Positions 1-10,446 are shown, counted from the first letter of the stretch. The stretch: 64,000 nt of DNA from Gemmatales bacterium (GCA_046350055.1 JAXMBC010000001.1:3646660-3710659); one strand, 5' to 3'. Notes: generated by a model not told the origin, from the letters alone. Numbers and translations are program-made.

Positions 1-483
1 CCCACCGGGGATACTCCCACACTCCTCCGGCTGCTCCATCGTCTCTACTGGAAGAAGCCCGCTGGCAGGATACTCAAAGTCGGTGTGGTGCTGGGGGACG
101 TGGTCGAGTCGGATAAGATTCCCAACCATCTCTTCGAGGAAGATCGCAATCTGCTTGCCCTCTCGCAAGTAATGGATCGGGTCAACCATCGTTTTGGCAT
201 CCAGGGCGCCTACTTTGGCGGGTTACACCATGTGTTACAACGGGCACCCATGCGGATCGCCTTCAACCGCATTCCCAATCCGGCTCTGGAAGCACTCAGT
301 GAGGATTCTCCCGCCCCGCCTCATCCACGTAATCTGTCGACAGCCACTCCCTTTAGCGGTGCCTGGGGTGGTCCGCCGGGCAGTATGGCTTCCCCTGCGG
401 CCAAACTCATGAAGTTTAAAGAGATACGTGAGCTGGAATACGAAGCATGGACGGAGGAAGGAGAAACTCCAACCTCCGTCTGA
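1..483 (+). CDS. Y-family DNA polymerase (UmuC/DinB-like), C-terminal fragment; 5' end lies outside the window
   Basis: Frame 1 is open from nt 1 to the stop at 481-483. The tail KVGVVLGDVVESDKIPNHLFEEDRNLLALSQVMDRVNHRFGIQGAYFGG parallels the UmuC C-terminal segment (KAGVMLGDF..LFD..LM..MD.LN..G..YFAG). Confidence 0.5.
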   Translation, partial: PTGDTPTLLRLLHRLYWKKPAGRILKVGVVLGDVVESDKIPNHLFEEDRNLLALSQVMDRVNHRFGIQGAYFGGLHHVLQRAPMRIAFNRIPNPALEALSEDSPAPPHPRNLSTATPFSGAWGGPPGSMASPAAKLMKFKEIRELEYEAWTEEGETPTSV

Positions 484-508
484 AACAGAGAGTGGTGAGT
501 GACGTAAG

Positions 509-1408
509 CTATTTGACGGGCTTGAACTCAAGTGGTGCAGCAGGCTGCCTGACTACACGCACCGGCTTCTGAAGTTGTACACCATTGCTTAAGTCAGCAC
601 TAGCAACAGCTTCACTGCCTGCGTCCTTCCTGGTGATGCGTGCTTCTGCCTGCTGAATCGTCTTCTCCGCCTTCTCGTCCTTTGGCAGGGCGTCCAGCTT
701 GGCCAGAAGGTCTTTGGCAGATTGCAATTGAGGATCCAGCCCCAGAGCAATGTTACAGCATTTACGGGCCTCATCCTTCTGGCCGGCAGACAGATACATG
801 GCTGCCAGGTTAGCCTGCGCGGTTGCAGGTGGCCCGGCTTTCTTGAACGCTTCCAGACTCTCTTTCCACTTCTGCTGTCGCCCCAGCACCAGCCCAAGGT
901 TGCCAAACGCTCTCTGATGATTCTGACGATTGGCAATGGCCTGCTTCAGGTACTTCTCTGCATTTGCAAAGTCTTCCATTTCATAGTAGGTAAAGCCTAA
1001 ATCATTCAGGATATCCGGATCCTTGGGAGCGAGAGCCAGTCCCTTCTGATACTGTGCAATAGCGAGGTCATACTTCTGCTGTTGAGCAAGGCAGCCAGCC
1101 AGTTTCTTATGCACCAAAGGCTGGTTCGCCTGATGCTGGAGTGCGAGTTCATACTGATGAATCGCCTGATCAAGGTGTCCATTCTTTTCGAGTTCTTCAC
1201 CCGTGGCAAGACAGAGCTTTGCCGCTTTATCTGGCGCCAGATCCGGGTCAGCAGACTTATTACTGGAGACGCTGGGCACCAGATTCTGTGATTTGATGTT
1301 AGCCAGTTGCTCGTGACCTGGTTGACCCAGGTTCGAGGAAAAAGGCAGAGTACAACCAGTTGCACTCAGGAAGCACAAGCCTCCCAACCAGATAGACCAC
1401 CGTCCCAT
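509..1408 (-). CDS. TPR-repeat lipoprotein (TadD-like position, last gene of the secretin cluster)
   Basis: The ORF spans 509..1486. The start is moved to ATG 1408, which gives the lipobox signal MGRWSIWLGGLCFLSATGC. The body consists of TPR-like hairpins (AIHQYELALQHQ, AIAQYQKGLALAPKDP, NAEKYLKQAI, EARKCCNIALGLDP). Confidence 0.6.
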   Translation of the reverse strand: MGRWSIWLGGLCFLSATGCTLPFSSNLGQPGHEQLANIKSQNLVPSVSSNKSADPDLAPDKAAKLCLATGEELEKNGHLDQAIHQYELALQHQANQPLVHKKLAGCLAQQQKYDLAIAQYQKGLALAPKDPDILNDLGFTYYEMEDFANAEKYLKQAIANRQNHQRAFGNLGLVLGRQQKWKESLEAFKKAGPPATAQANLAAMYLSAGQKDEARKCCNIALGLDPQLQSAKDLLAKLDALPKDEKAEKTIQQAEARITRKDAGSEAVASADLSNGVQLQKPVRVVRQPAAPLEFKPVK

Positions 1409-1489
1409 GGCCCCCTCCTTCAAACTCGACCTGACTGCTTGGCTCAATGCTGTACACAGTCCCCACCGCAGGCAGCATCCGGCCAACCA

Positions 1490-2098
1490 TTACTGGAAGA
1501 ATGGATAGAGTCCACCCCTTCCGAGGTTACGTTGATTGCCAAAAAGCCCATTATTGTAAATGTTGTTACCCTGGAAGCCGTTGTTTCGGAACAGTCCACC
1601 CTGGCCATTGATGCCAGTTCCTGCTTGGGGCACCGATTGATAGAGTCTCTCTGCCTCTTCACCGCCCATCCCTTCCGCTTCCGGGAAACCGACGATAACG
1701 CGAGGTTCGATTTCGTCCAGTCCAGCTCGTTTGAGCGCTGCAACAACGGTGGCTCGACGCTGTTCATTTAGTTTCGGATCAGGTACTGCCTGAATCAGAA
1801 CAGGGAATGGCACTGTTGAAAGTCTGGAGGCAACGAGTTTCAGATGATACTGCCCGTAGGGCCCCAGTTCTTTGCCGTCCATGTAGAACTCATGGCGGTA
1901 AAAGACAAAGTCATCCGCTTCAGCCTTAGCAGCTTGCATTTCAAAATGACGTCGGACTGTAGTATGAGCTGGTTCGGGTATCGCACCACTTGGAATGTCC
2001 GCAAAGCGATCCACGTCCATCTCATTACAGCAACAGCCCAAGCTGAAGGCGACCACTGCGAGACCCCACCAGCGAGCATGTACCATGTTCTTCTTCAT
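1490..2098 (-). CDS. hypothetical lipoprotein with Gly/Asn-rich C-terminus, immediately downstream of the secretin
   Basis: Signal/lipobox MKKNMVHARWWGLAVVAFSLGC. I recognise no family. It starts 17 nt after the secretin stop on the same strand, a position analogous to CpaD/RcpB lipoproteins. Confidence 0.5.
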   Translation of the reverse strand: MKKNMVHARWWGLAVVAFSLGCCCNEMDVDRFADIPSGAIPEPAHTTVRRHFEMQAAKAEADDFVFYRHEFYMDGKELGPYGQYHLKLVASRLSTVPFPVLIQAVPDPKLNEQRRATVVAALKRAGLDEIEPRVIVGFPEAEGMGGEEAERLYQSVPQAGTGINGQGGLFRNNGFQGNNIYNNGLFGNQRNLGRGGLYPFFQ

Positions 2099-2115
2099 GT
2101 TTGGCTCCTGGTTGA

Positions 2116-4251
2116 TCAGCGTGGCGTAGCTGGAGGTGGATTAGTCTTAGTTGGCGGTGGCAGCGTTGTTGGCTGATTGGGCAGCACGACGTTGTTCGGC
2201 CCCGGATTTACAGGAATGGAAGGAGCCGAACTTGTCCCGAAGGGGCCTGTAATGTACTGGTCTTTACCGTTACGGTAGTTGAGCATTCGACTGATGTCCG
2301 TCCTTGCCCCGGCTCGGTAGTCTTCGGTTCGTCGGCTTTCCAGGCGATTCAGCAGATAGAACTCGGTATCACCTGGCTCGAACACATTATGTCCAGGCAA
2401 TGGCGGCACCTCAGCTTGTTCCATCGGGTGAACCAGTTCAGGAGTGATGAGAAACACCAACTCCTGCTCCGATGAGGTGACCGAATCAAACCCGAATGCA
2501 CGACCAATTAGAGGAATATCACCGAGAAGAGGTACCCGATTGGTAGTGGTGCCAAGCGTGGTGGAAATCAACCCGGCTACAGCCAGCGTCTGCCCTTCCC
2601 GAAGTTCCACTACGTTGGTGAAGCGGCGGGAATTGAGCTGTGCAGGTACGCCGATCTGGTTGTTATCGACGCCACCACCGATGCTCGATTGACCTGCACT
2701 GTTCGTGCCGAGTGATGTGACCTCGGCATTGACAGTCAGGCGTATGCGGTCTTTGTCATAAACAATCGGTGTGAAGTTCAACGAGACGCCAAAGGGGCGG
2801 TAGTTTACCCCTTGTAGTGCGTTGACAGCATTACCGGTCACGACCGGCACCGGGAATTCGCCTCCAGCCTGAAAAGTGGCTGCCTGGCCATTGAGCGAGA
2901 CCAGGGTAGGTTCTGCGAGAGTGCGGGAGTAACCCATCTGCCGGAGTGCGTTCATAGCGAGAAGGATGGAGCCGCCATCGAGCGAAGCAGTCAAGTTGGC
3001 ATTCGGGCCAAATACATTGGTACGTGACAGCAGACCACCAGTGTTTTGCGAGAAGACCGCGTTGTTCCCACTATTGAGAATGTTGAAATTCATACCAATG
3101 CTTCGAAGGGCATTTCGCTGCACTTCGGCCACCTGTACCCGCAGCATCACTTGCTGTTCACCGGGTACGCGCAGCAGGTTGATGATGTTCGCATTGCCAG
3201 AGACCACGAAGTTCTGCAAGCCCTGAGCGATGGTCTGATCTGGATTGTTAGGATCAGCCTGTAAGGTCACATCGATGCGATCGACCGGTATACGTGTGGG
3301 TGGCGTTTGCAGAGGTGCCTGTTCCCGCACCACGGTTAGAATCTTCGAAGCTTCGCCAGCGTCCTTGGCCTGTCCCGATACGACGAGCTTATCACCCACG
3401 AGACAGAGACGGACGACGCTGTTTGGGAAGGCACGATTGATCTCATCTTCCAGTGCTTTGTAAACCCGTTCGATGCGGGACTTTGCTTCCGGATCAGGGA
3501 CAACACGAACGAGGTAGTTCAGCACTTTGAACTTATCTGGTGAAGTAGGGTCAAGGAAGAACAAGGCGATTACAGTGGTTCCGGCTTGTTTGCCTAGAAC
3601 GAAGAATGCTTTGTCTTTACTGTCTTTGATAACCTCAATGTCTGCTATGCTGGGATCGACTGCCTGGAATTTGGCAGGAGCCTGCTTGAGTTGCAGAATG
3701 CGTGGTCGCCCGACAACGAGATCGAGCGTATTATCGGGATCTTCAATGCTCTCTACCAGGCTGCGATACTTGTCGAGAGTTTTCTCATCTGGCTTGGGAG
3801 TGCTTCCAAGCGGTGCATCCAATGCATTTAATCGTGCTCTGGGTTGAAACGGGTCAACAGGCTTGGCTTTATCCTGTGGCTCGATTTTGAAAGGCAACGC
3901 TGGGGTCTTGCTGTCCAGGTTAGGAAACTTCGGAGGCTCAGGGAGCACCGTATTCCCACCAGTTGGAGGCTGTGCAATAGGAGGCTGCGTGTTATCGTTC
4001 TTCGCAGGTGTCTTGGTCGGTGTGCTACCAGTTTTGTCGTTTTTCGCTTCCTGATAACTGCTCTGAACAATTAGTGGCTGGACGATACGCGTACCTTTGG
4101 GCCGAGTTGGTTGTTCCGGCTCATCAGCTGAAGCTTTCCACTCCATCCCCGTACACCATACAAGCAGTGAAAGCGACAGCAGGGGGACCAGCCCCTGCCG
4201 CCTGGCACCTGATTGCCGTTGTCCTTGCCAGTGATGTACTGTTACATTCAT
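2116..4251 (-). CDS. cpaC: Tad/Flp-pilus type secretin (CpaC/RcpA family)
   Basis: Secretin C-domain strings GEQQVMLRVQVAEVQRNALRSIGMNF and VPLLGDIPLIGRAFGF..SEQELVFLITPELV. An N-terminal signal is present, and both ends carry Pro/Thr-rich extensions. Confidence 0.8.
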   Translation of the reverse strand: MNVTVHHWQGQRQSGARRQGLVPLLSLSLLVWCTGMEWKASADEPEQPTRPKGTRIVQPLIVQSSYQEAKNDKTGSTPTKTPAKNDNTQPPIAQPPTGGNTVLPEPPKFPNLDSKTPALPFKIEPQDKAKPVDPFQPRARLNALDAPLGSTPKPDEKTLDKYRSLVESIEDPDNTLDLVVGRPRILQLKQAPAKFQAVDPSIADIEVIKDSKDKAFFVLGKQAGTTVIALFFLDPTSPDKFKVLNYLVRVVPDPEAKSRIERVYKALEDEINRAFPNSVVRLCLVGDKLVVSGQAKDAGEASKILTVVREQAPLQTPPTRIPVDRIDVTLQADPNNPDQTIAQGLQNFVVSGNANIINLLRVPGEQQVMLRVQVAEVQRNALRSIGMNFNILNSGNNAVFSQNTGGLLSRTNVFGPNANLTASLDGGSILLAMNALRQMGYSRTLAEPTLVSLNGQAATFQAGGEFPVPVVTGNAVNALQGVNYRPFGVSLNFTPIVYDKDRIRLTVNAEVTSLGTNSAGQSSIGGGVDNNQIGVPAQLNSRRFTNVVELREGQTLAVAGLISTTLGTTTNRVPLLGDIPLIGRAFGFDSVTSSEQELVFLITPELVHPMEQAEVPPLPGHNVFEPGDTEFYLLNRLESRRTEDYRAGARTDISRMLNYRNGKDQYITGPFGTSSAPSIPVNPGPNNVVLPNQPTTLPPPTKTNPPPATPR

Positions 4252-4453
4252 TAGTTAGCCCCGCGTCACTGTCAGATGCAGTGAACATGGACTCGCTGCC
4301 CGCTGGATACGAACTATCCAGCATCTCAGGGTCTATCGGCATGATAAACGGGAGAACTTTTGCCGAACGTAACGATTATGATCGACGCTCATGGCAGCAG
4401 GCGGCATGGGTTGTAAAGTTGGGCAGAATAGGTCAAGTGAATGAAAGGCGATC

Positions 4454-5617
4454 ATGAGTTCTTACGACACGATAGTCATTGGTCTCGGTGCGATGGGCTC
4501 AGCAGCAGCATGGAGGTGTGCTCAGCGTGGCCAACGAGTACTTGGTCTGGAACAATTCGATCTTGTTCACCAATTGGGCAGTTCTCACGGCAGGAGCCGC
4601 ATTATTCGTGAAGCGTATTACGAGCATCCTGCATACGTGCCCTTGGTGCGTGAAGCGTATGCGTTGTGGAACAGCTTAAGTGAAGAAAGTCAGTACGCCC
4701 TGCTCACCCCATGCCACTGTGCAAACATCGGTCCAGCTGGCTGCGAAATCATCACGGGTGTCCGTGTAGCAGCAAAGGAGCACCAACTTCCTGTGGAGGT
4801 ACTCAACGCCAGGGAACTGATGCTTCTCTACCCCGCATTCCATTTACCTGAACACTATCAAGCGGTGGTTGAAAGTAATGCAGGCTGGTTACAAGTCGAA
4901 ACGTGTGTTCATGTGATGCAGCTGATGGCCTGTAGGCACGGTGCAGTCCTGCACGCGAATGAGATGGTTCTCGAATGGAAAGCGGTGCCGGGCAATGTTA
5001 CTGTCCGCACCAACAGTGATACTTATCATGCAAGACAACTCATTCTAACCGCAGGTCCCTGGTCACGAGACTTATTGTGCATGGCGGGAGTACCACTCAC
5101 CGTGATGCGGCAGTTGCAGTGGTTCTTTAAAGCACCAATTACCCGATCTGACGAACGCGAAAAACAAACATTGCCAATCTTCATCATCGATACACCGGCA
5201 GGCAGTTTCTATGGAATCCCCGCAGAGCATATCTGGAATGGCTCCAAAGGTACCATCAATATGAAAATCGCTCAGCACTATGGCGCACCAGAACAGGCCC
5301 ACCCAGACGAAGTGAACCGACAGATTGCAGATGATGAACTCATTCCGGTTCGAAAATTCATGCAACAGTATTTGCCAGCGATGGCCGATGCGGAATTGCA
5401 AAGTGCTTCGGTCTGCATCTATACCCTCTCGCCGGATCGACACTTCGTGATTGATCGCCATCCAAACCACGAAAATGTCGCCTTGGCGTGTGGATTCTCC
5501 GGACATGGTTTTAAGTTCGCACCGGTTGTGGGCGAACAGCTGGCAAACTTGCTCGAAGGAAAAGTGCGTGAAGAGACACGAGAATTGTTTGGAATAGATC
5601 GACTTCTCAAACCTTAG
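4454..5617 (+). CDS. solA: FAD-dependent N-methyl amino-acid oxidase (monomeric sarcosine oxidase / N-methyltryptophan oxidase family)
   Basis: FAD fold YDTIVIGLGAMGSAAAW. LGSSHGRSRIIREAY..YVPL and the C-terminal CGFSGHGFKF match the MSOX/MTOX pattern. Confidence 0.7.
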   Translation: MSSYDTIVIGLGAMGSAAAWRCAQRGQRVLGLEQFDLVHQLGSSHGRSRIIREAYYEHPAYVPLVREAYALWNSLSEESQYALLTPCHCANIGPAGCEIITGVRVAAKEHQLPVEVLNARELMLLYPAFHLPEHYQAVVESNAGWLQVETCVHVMQLMACRHGAVLHANEMVLEWKAVPGNVTVRTNSDTYHARQLILTAGPWSRDLLCMAGVPLTVMRQLQWFFKAPITRSDEREKQTLPIFIIDTPAGSFYGIPAEHIWNGSKGTINMKIAQHYGAPEQAHPDEVNRQIADDELIPVRKFMQQYLPAMADAELQSASVCIYTLSPDRHFVIDRHPNHENVALACGFSGHGFKFAPVVGEQLANLLEGKVREETRELFGIDRLLKP

Positions 5618-7424
5618 CACCAACGACAACAGATGCTTCCTTACGTGGGAGTGTGATTCTAAACGTAGTCCCTTCTCCTTCCATGCTTGTCACGCTGATC
5701 GTACCGCCGAAGAGGTCGACATATCCTTTGACGATAGCTAAACCCAAACCTGCATTGATGGAGGACGATTGCCTTGATGGATCAGCCCGGAAGAACCGCT
5801 CGAAGAGATGCGAACGGGTTTCTTCTGACATGCCAACGCCAGTGTCAGCCACTTCCATAACAATTGCCTTGGGAGCGGCTGTAATCTTCACCGTGACCTG
5901 ACCATGTTCTTTGTTGTAATGAACTGCGTTATCGATCAGGTTGACCAGGATTTCGCGCAACTTGCTTGCATCAGAAAGGATGGGAGGAAGCGAACTCGCA
6001 TTTTCATCCACCTCGAGCTCTACAGAAATATGTCGCTGATCGGCCAGGGGCCTCAGCATATCAACGCATTGCCCTGCTAATTCGACCACATCGACTTCAT
6101 CTTCTCGTAAATGATCGACCCCCGCATCAAGTCGGGAAAGCATGAGAAGCCTCTCGACCAGCATCTTCATGTGCGTGCCAGTTTCGATGCATTGGTTCAA
6201 GGTGGCTTTGTATTCGTCCGCGGTTCGTGGCTTGCGGAGCGCCACTTGCATCGTGGTCATCAGCGAAGCCAGTGGAGTCCGTAGTTCATGAGAAATATCA
6301 GCCGTTGCTCGTTTTTCCCTGGTGAAGGCCTGGTCCAATGATTCAAGTGATTCCTGCAGTCGTAGCACAATAGGAGCCAGTTCCTCCGGCATTTTTCGAT
6401 GATCGAGTTCAGTACCATTCAGCCGCAGTCGCAAATCATGTGGGGTCAAGTCGCTCACTGCATCTGCCACACTGACTAAAGGTGCGAGGCTTGAACGACT
6501 AAGCCAGGTAATAGCCAATGCGCATAGAGAGATGGTAGCGAGACAAATCAAGATCAAACGATTCAAGGTATCCTTGCGAACAAGTTCTGTTTCCTGACGC
6601 AACGCGGCAAGATCCTTGTTCATTTCCTGCTTAAAGCGATCTAGTACCTTATCACGCGCATCAGCTACCCTGGCTACCTGCACGACCATCGTGTTCAATG
6701 GGCGTGGCGATGTGCGAGGCTCGGGCATGCGACTAAAAGCACGACGAGGCAAGGGGCGGCCTAACTGAAACATGCTACCCGTAGCAAAGGTCTCATAGGC
6801 CATTGGCATTTTGATGGAAACCATGCAGAATCTTTTGCCGCATTTTAATACTTCTTCCTGCTTATCAGGCTCGTAAAGAGGCAGGTTCTGCACAGCGGAA
6901 ATATCGGTGGCGAAACAATCTGTCGGCAAGTTGGAGGATCTTGTGCTGGCCCGCTGCGTCCAGATATGGAAGTGTTCGTCACCATCGATCGCGCGTTCGG
7001 GAAGTACAATAGTACGCTTGGCAAAGTAAGTAAATGCCACACGGAAATCCTGGATGCTCATGCATTGAGTCAGAGTGGCCGACAATTGTGGATGTGTCAG
7101 CGGATTGGCTAAATTGCATGCTATCAGGCTGCTGAATTCGAGTGCCTGGTAGGGATATACCTTTGGGTATGCAGGTGTGAACTCAACCTGTTCATAAACT
7201 TGTCTGCCAATGCTTTCGGCTTGAAGCACCATATCATCAAAGTACTTTTCACGATACGAGTTGATTTGTTTGGCAGTCTGGCTTCGCAACAACTCTGCTG
7301 TGGCCATCTCCTTCGCCTGAAGCAGAAACTTGGTCTGCTCATAAACATACCACGATAGGCCACCAACGACGAAGGTGACCATCAGTAGAAGCATCAGCAA
7401 GAGGCGAACCCTGATGGACCTCAC
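5607..7424 (-). CDS. sensor histidine kinase (two TM segments, ~250-aa extracytoplasmic sensor, HAMP, HisKA, HATPase)
   Basis: H-box ADISHELRTPL. N/G boxes LVNLIDNAVHY, DTGVGM and GLGLAIVK. The start overlaps the response-regulator stop by 4 nt. Confidence 0.85.
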   Translation of the reverse strand: MRSIRVRLLLMLLLMVTFVVGGLSWYVYEQTKFLLQAKEMATAELLRSQTAKQINSYREKYFDDMVLQAESIGRQVYEQVEFTPAYPKVYPYQALEFSSLIACNLANPLTHPQLSATLTQCMSIQDFRVAFTYFAKRTIVLPERAIDGDEHFHIWTQRASTRSSNLPTDCFATDISAVQNLPLYEPDKQEEVLKCGKRFCMVSIKMPMAYETFATGSMFQLGRPLPRRAFSRMPEPRTSPRPLNTMVVQVARVADARDKVLDRFKQEMNKDLAALRQETELVRKDTLNRLILICLATISLCALAITWLSRSSLAPLVSVADAVSDLTPHDLRLRLNGTELDHRKMPEELAPIVLRLQESLESLDQAFTREKRATADISHELRTPLASLMTTMQVALRKPRTADEYKATLNQCIETGTHMKMLVERLLMLSRLDAGVDHLREDEVDVVELAGQCVDMLRPLADQRHISVELEVDENASSLPPILSDASKLREILVNLIDNAVHYNKEHGQVTVKITAAPKAIVMEVADTGVGMSEETRSHLFERFFRADPSRQSSSINAGLGLAIVKGYVDLFGGTISVTSMEGEGTTFRITLPRKEASVVVGAKV

Positions 7425-8134
7425 TTCAACATCTCCTCCGGTTCCGCAACGATTTCATCGTCGTCTTCACCTCGCAGCATATACCCTTCACCCCATCGTG
7501 TCAAAATCAAAGGCTTTTCAAAACCCTTGTCTATTTTGTTCCGAAGGTAACGAATGTAGACATCCACAACATTGGACGTGTTTTCGTCTTCTTCGTCGTA
7601 AAGGTGGTCCCAAATCATGGGACGGGTTACTACCTTGCCTCGATGAAACGCGAGGAATTCCAGTAATGCGTACTCACGTGGTGTCAGATGGATGCGTTTC
7701 CCACTTCTCTTGACACTTCGCGCGGCAGAGTCAATCTCCAGATCATGGATACGCAGGACCGGGTCCTTTACCTGATGGCCACGACGAATGAGTGCGCGGA
7801 TGCGGGCGAGTAGCTCATCCATCTCGAACGGCTTGGTGAGGTAATCATCAGCCCCGAGGTCGAGTCCTTTGATTTTGTCAGGTAGTTGGTCTTTGGCTGT
7901 CAGGATCAACACGTGGCTGCTCATGCCATCCTTACGCCAGGCTTGCAACAGACTGAGGCCATCCATCTTGGGAAGCATCAAGTCGAGGACGATGACATCG
8001 TAGGGCATGCCCCGGGCTTTGATGTTGGCTTCTTCTCCATCTTTGGCCCAGTCAACAGCATAGCCTTCCTCTTCGAGGCCCTGCTTGAGGGCTCGTGCCA
8101 ATGGATAGTAATCTTCGGCGAGAAGGATCTTCAT
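7421..8134 (-). CDS. OmpR/PhoB-family response regulator
   Basis: Receiver domain (MKILLAEDY, VIVLDLMLP, LTKPF) plus a winged-helix output (LTPREYALLEFL, GEGYML). The start is chosen at ATG 8134; the ORF extends to 8149. Confidence 0.85.
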   Translation of the reverse strand: MKILLAEDYYPLARALKQGLEEEGYAVDWAKDGEEANIKARGMPYDVIVLDLMLPKMDGLSLLQAWRKDGMSSHVLILTAKDQLPDKIKGLDLGADDYLTKPFEMDELLARIRALIRRGHQVKDPVLRIHDLEIDSAARSVKRSGKRIHLTPREYALLEFLAFHRGKVVTRPMIWDHLYDEEDENTSNVVDVYIRYLRNKIDKGFEKPLILTRWGEGYMLRGEDDDEIVAEPEEMLK

Positions 8135-8310
8135 GGCCGTGCCTCTCATTAAATTGTGTCTATTGCATCATAACTGCCACCAATTAAACCACTGTGAGAT
8201 TAGGCATGAAACTGTGGTGAGAGACTACACCTTGATAACTGTCCAATGCCCACAATGCTGATATACTAACACCATTGTTGTTTCACCGGAACGCCCAGGG
8301 GTCATAAATA

Positions 8311-8547
8311 GTGGAATTCGTTGCCAATCTGCTCAGTGTGCTCATCTTTGCCACTAGCCTGATCATGATCCTGCTTATCCTCATCCAACGTGGTCGTGGA
8401 GGCGGTTTGATCGGTGCCCTTGGAGGTTCTGGTGGTTCCAGTGCCTTTGGATCACGGGCTGGCGATACGTTTACCCGTATCACGTTGATTACAGCTGCCA
8501 TCTGGATGTTTCTGATTATGCTTCAGATTTGGGTTCGTCCCAATTAA
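8311..8547 (+). CDS. secG: preprotein translocase subunit SecG
   Basis: 78 aa with two TM helices separated by the Gly-rich loop [28 protein letters not shown] that is typical of SecG. Confidence 0.85.
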   Translation: MEFVANLLSVLIFATSLIMILLILIQRGRGGGLIGALGGSGGSSAFGSRAGDTFTRITLITAAIWMFLIMLQIWVRPN

Positions 8548-8572
8548 CGAGGGACCTCTGTTTCGATTCCTA

Positions 8573-8600
8573 CATGCCCTGCGGGGCATGTTTCCTTTCC
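8573..8600 (+). terminator. rho-independent terminator after secG
   Basis: Stem CATGCCC (8573-8579) / GGGCATG (8584-8590), loop TGCG, followed by TTTCCTTTCC. Confidence 0.55.
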
Positions 8601-8616
8601 CACCCGAGGTTCCCAC

Positions 8617-9501
8617 TTGCTACTCAGCATGACTGGTTATGGCGATGCCCGCTGGCAAGGTCCCGGCCTCACCATCAGTGTGGAACTGCGTTCAGTAAAC
8701 AATCGTTTTCTGAAGATCCTCACCAAATTGCCTGAGCACTATCAGAAGCTGGAGCCGGAGATTGAAAGGGCTTTGCGAGAGAAGTTGAAACGTGGCACTG
8801 TGCAGGTTCAGATCCTTGCTCAGCGTGAACCCCGTCCTGACGATTATCGCATCAATATCGTCGCTCTCGATGCCTTTCGTCAGCAACTGGAGAACTATGC
8901 TGCCTCGAATAAGTTTGCATTCAACCTCGACCCTGCATCCTTGCTAGCAATTCCTGGCGTAGTAGAGGATGCTACCACAAGCAGCGGAGACACCGAAGAA
9001 GCCTGGGCCCAGGTTGGCCCTGTGGTTAACAAAGCATTAGCCAGGCTTGAACAAATGCGCCGCGAGGAAGGTGTCAAAATGGCGCAGGAACTCAGCGCCC
9101 AGGCTGAATCAATCAGCAACCACCTTCGTGAAATAGCTCTTCGCGCTCCACAAGTTGCCAGCGATTATCGCAAGCGTCTGCACGAAAAACTGCAAAACAC
9201 ACTGAGTGAATACAACATTTCCCTTGATGCTACCCAGCTGATCAAGGAGGTGGCCATCTTTGCTGACCGTACCGACATCCACGAAGAGAACGTGCGGCTG
9301 GGAAGTCACTTGGAACAGTTTCATGCATTTCTGCGTGAGGCCGAAAGTACCGGGCGCAAGCTGGATTTCCTGATCCAGGAAATGAACCGCGAAGTAAATA
9401 CGATAGGTTCCAAGGCCAATGACATTGCCATTACTCGCCACGTCGTCGAAATGAAAGGCGCGCTGGAAAAGATGCGGGAGCTGATTCAAAATGTCGAATA
9501 G
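8617..9501 (+). CDS. yicC: YicC-family stress-induced protein / RNase
   Basis: N-terminal MTGYG..ELRSVNNRFL and C-terminal DFLIQEMNREVNTIGSKAND. It lies in the conserved yicC-gmk-rpoZ order. Confidence 0.8.
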   Translation: MLLSMTGYGDARWQGPGLTISVELRSVNNRFLKILTKLPEHYQKLEPEIERALREKLKRGTVQVQILAQREPRPDDYRINIVALDAFRQQLENYAASNKFAFNLDPASLLAIPGVVEDATTSSGDTEEAWAQVGPVVNKALARLEQMRREEGVKMAQELSAQAESISNHLREIALRAPQVASDYRKRLHEKLQNTLSEYNISLDATQLIKEVAIFADRTDIHEENVRLGSHLEQFHAFLREAESTGRKLDFLIQEMNREVNTIGSKANDIAITRHVVEMKGALEKMRELIQNVE

Positions 9502-10081
9502 CCCCACGAAACGTGGTCGATTAGTGGTGCTTTCCGGTCCCAGCGGCTCGGGGAAGACGACTCTTATTCGCGAGGCACTAGCTGCCCAGGATCTGCCATT
9601 GCGGCTTGCGATCTCTGCCACCACTCGACCGCCCCGTCCCCGTGAAATCGACGGTATCCATTATCATTTCTGGACCAGCGAACGCTTCCTCGACGCCATC
9701 CACGCTGACAAGTTTCTGGAACATGCCAAAGTTTATGGGCATCACTATGGTACGTTACGGGAGGAAGTTGAGCCTTACCTGGCAAAAGGCGTGAATGTGC
9801 TTCTGGAAATTGATGTGCAGGGTGGCTTGCAGATCAAAGAGCAACTGCCTGAGTCAGTCATGGTTTTCCTGAGGGCTTCGACGCCACAGGTGTACGAAAC
9901 GCGTTTGCGTGCCCGCAACACCGATAGCCAGGAATCACTCGAAAAGCGGCTCGAATCAGCCATGAAAGAAATCGAGACGGGTTCTAAACAGTACCAATAC
10001 CAGATCATCAATGATGATTTGCTACAAGCCGTCTCGGACTTTCGGCAATTGATACTCTCACTGCAAGTTGCAGGCCAATAG
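9491..10081 (+). CDS. gmk: guanylate kinase
   Basis: P-loop GPSGSGKTTL and the signature ISATTRPPRPREIDGIHYHF. It overlaps yicC by 11 nt. Confidence 0.9.
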   Translation: MSNSPTKRGRLVVLSGPSGSGKTTLIREALAAQDLPLRLAISATTRPPRPREIDGIHYHFWTSERFLDAIHADKFLEHAKVYGHHYGTLREEVEPYLAKGVNVLLEIDVQGGLQIKEQLPESVMVFLRASTPQVYETRLRARNTDSQESLEKRLESAMKEIETGSKQYQYQIINDDLLQAVSDFRQLILSLQVAGQ

Positions 10082-10132
10082 ACAGGCCATTTCGTACACT
10101 ATCTGTTCGATATTGACTGGAGAGACAGCACG

Positions 10133-10396
10133 ATGATCGATGAACTCAAAGAAGAAGGCATTGTGAACAAGGTCGGCGGACGCTTCAAGCTCTCGACATT
10201 GATCCAGAAACGTATGACCATGCTTAGTGCTGGAGCTCGGCCGCTGGTAGAAATCCGTGGCGGTGAACGCATGCAGATCGTCATCCAGGAAATTCTCCAG
10301 GACAAGATTTTCCTCGATGCTTCTGGAAACGTCGGCACTCATGACGGCGAAGTGGATCTTTCACTTGCTGTCACGACGGATGGTTTGGATGATTAG
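10133..10396 (+). CDS. rpoZ: DNA-directed RNA polymerase subunit omega
   Basis: 87 aa with an N-terminus [28 protein letters not shown]. It occupies the canonical position directly after gmk. Confidence 0.7.
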   Translation: MIDELKEEGIVNKVGGRFKLSTLIQKRMTMLSAGARPLVEIRGGERMQIVIQEILQDKIFLDASGNVGTHDGEVDLSLAVTTDGLDD

Positions 10397-10446
10397 CTAA
10401 GGGATAGTTTTATACCGGGAAAGCTTCCTGGCTCCGTGCATTCAAC

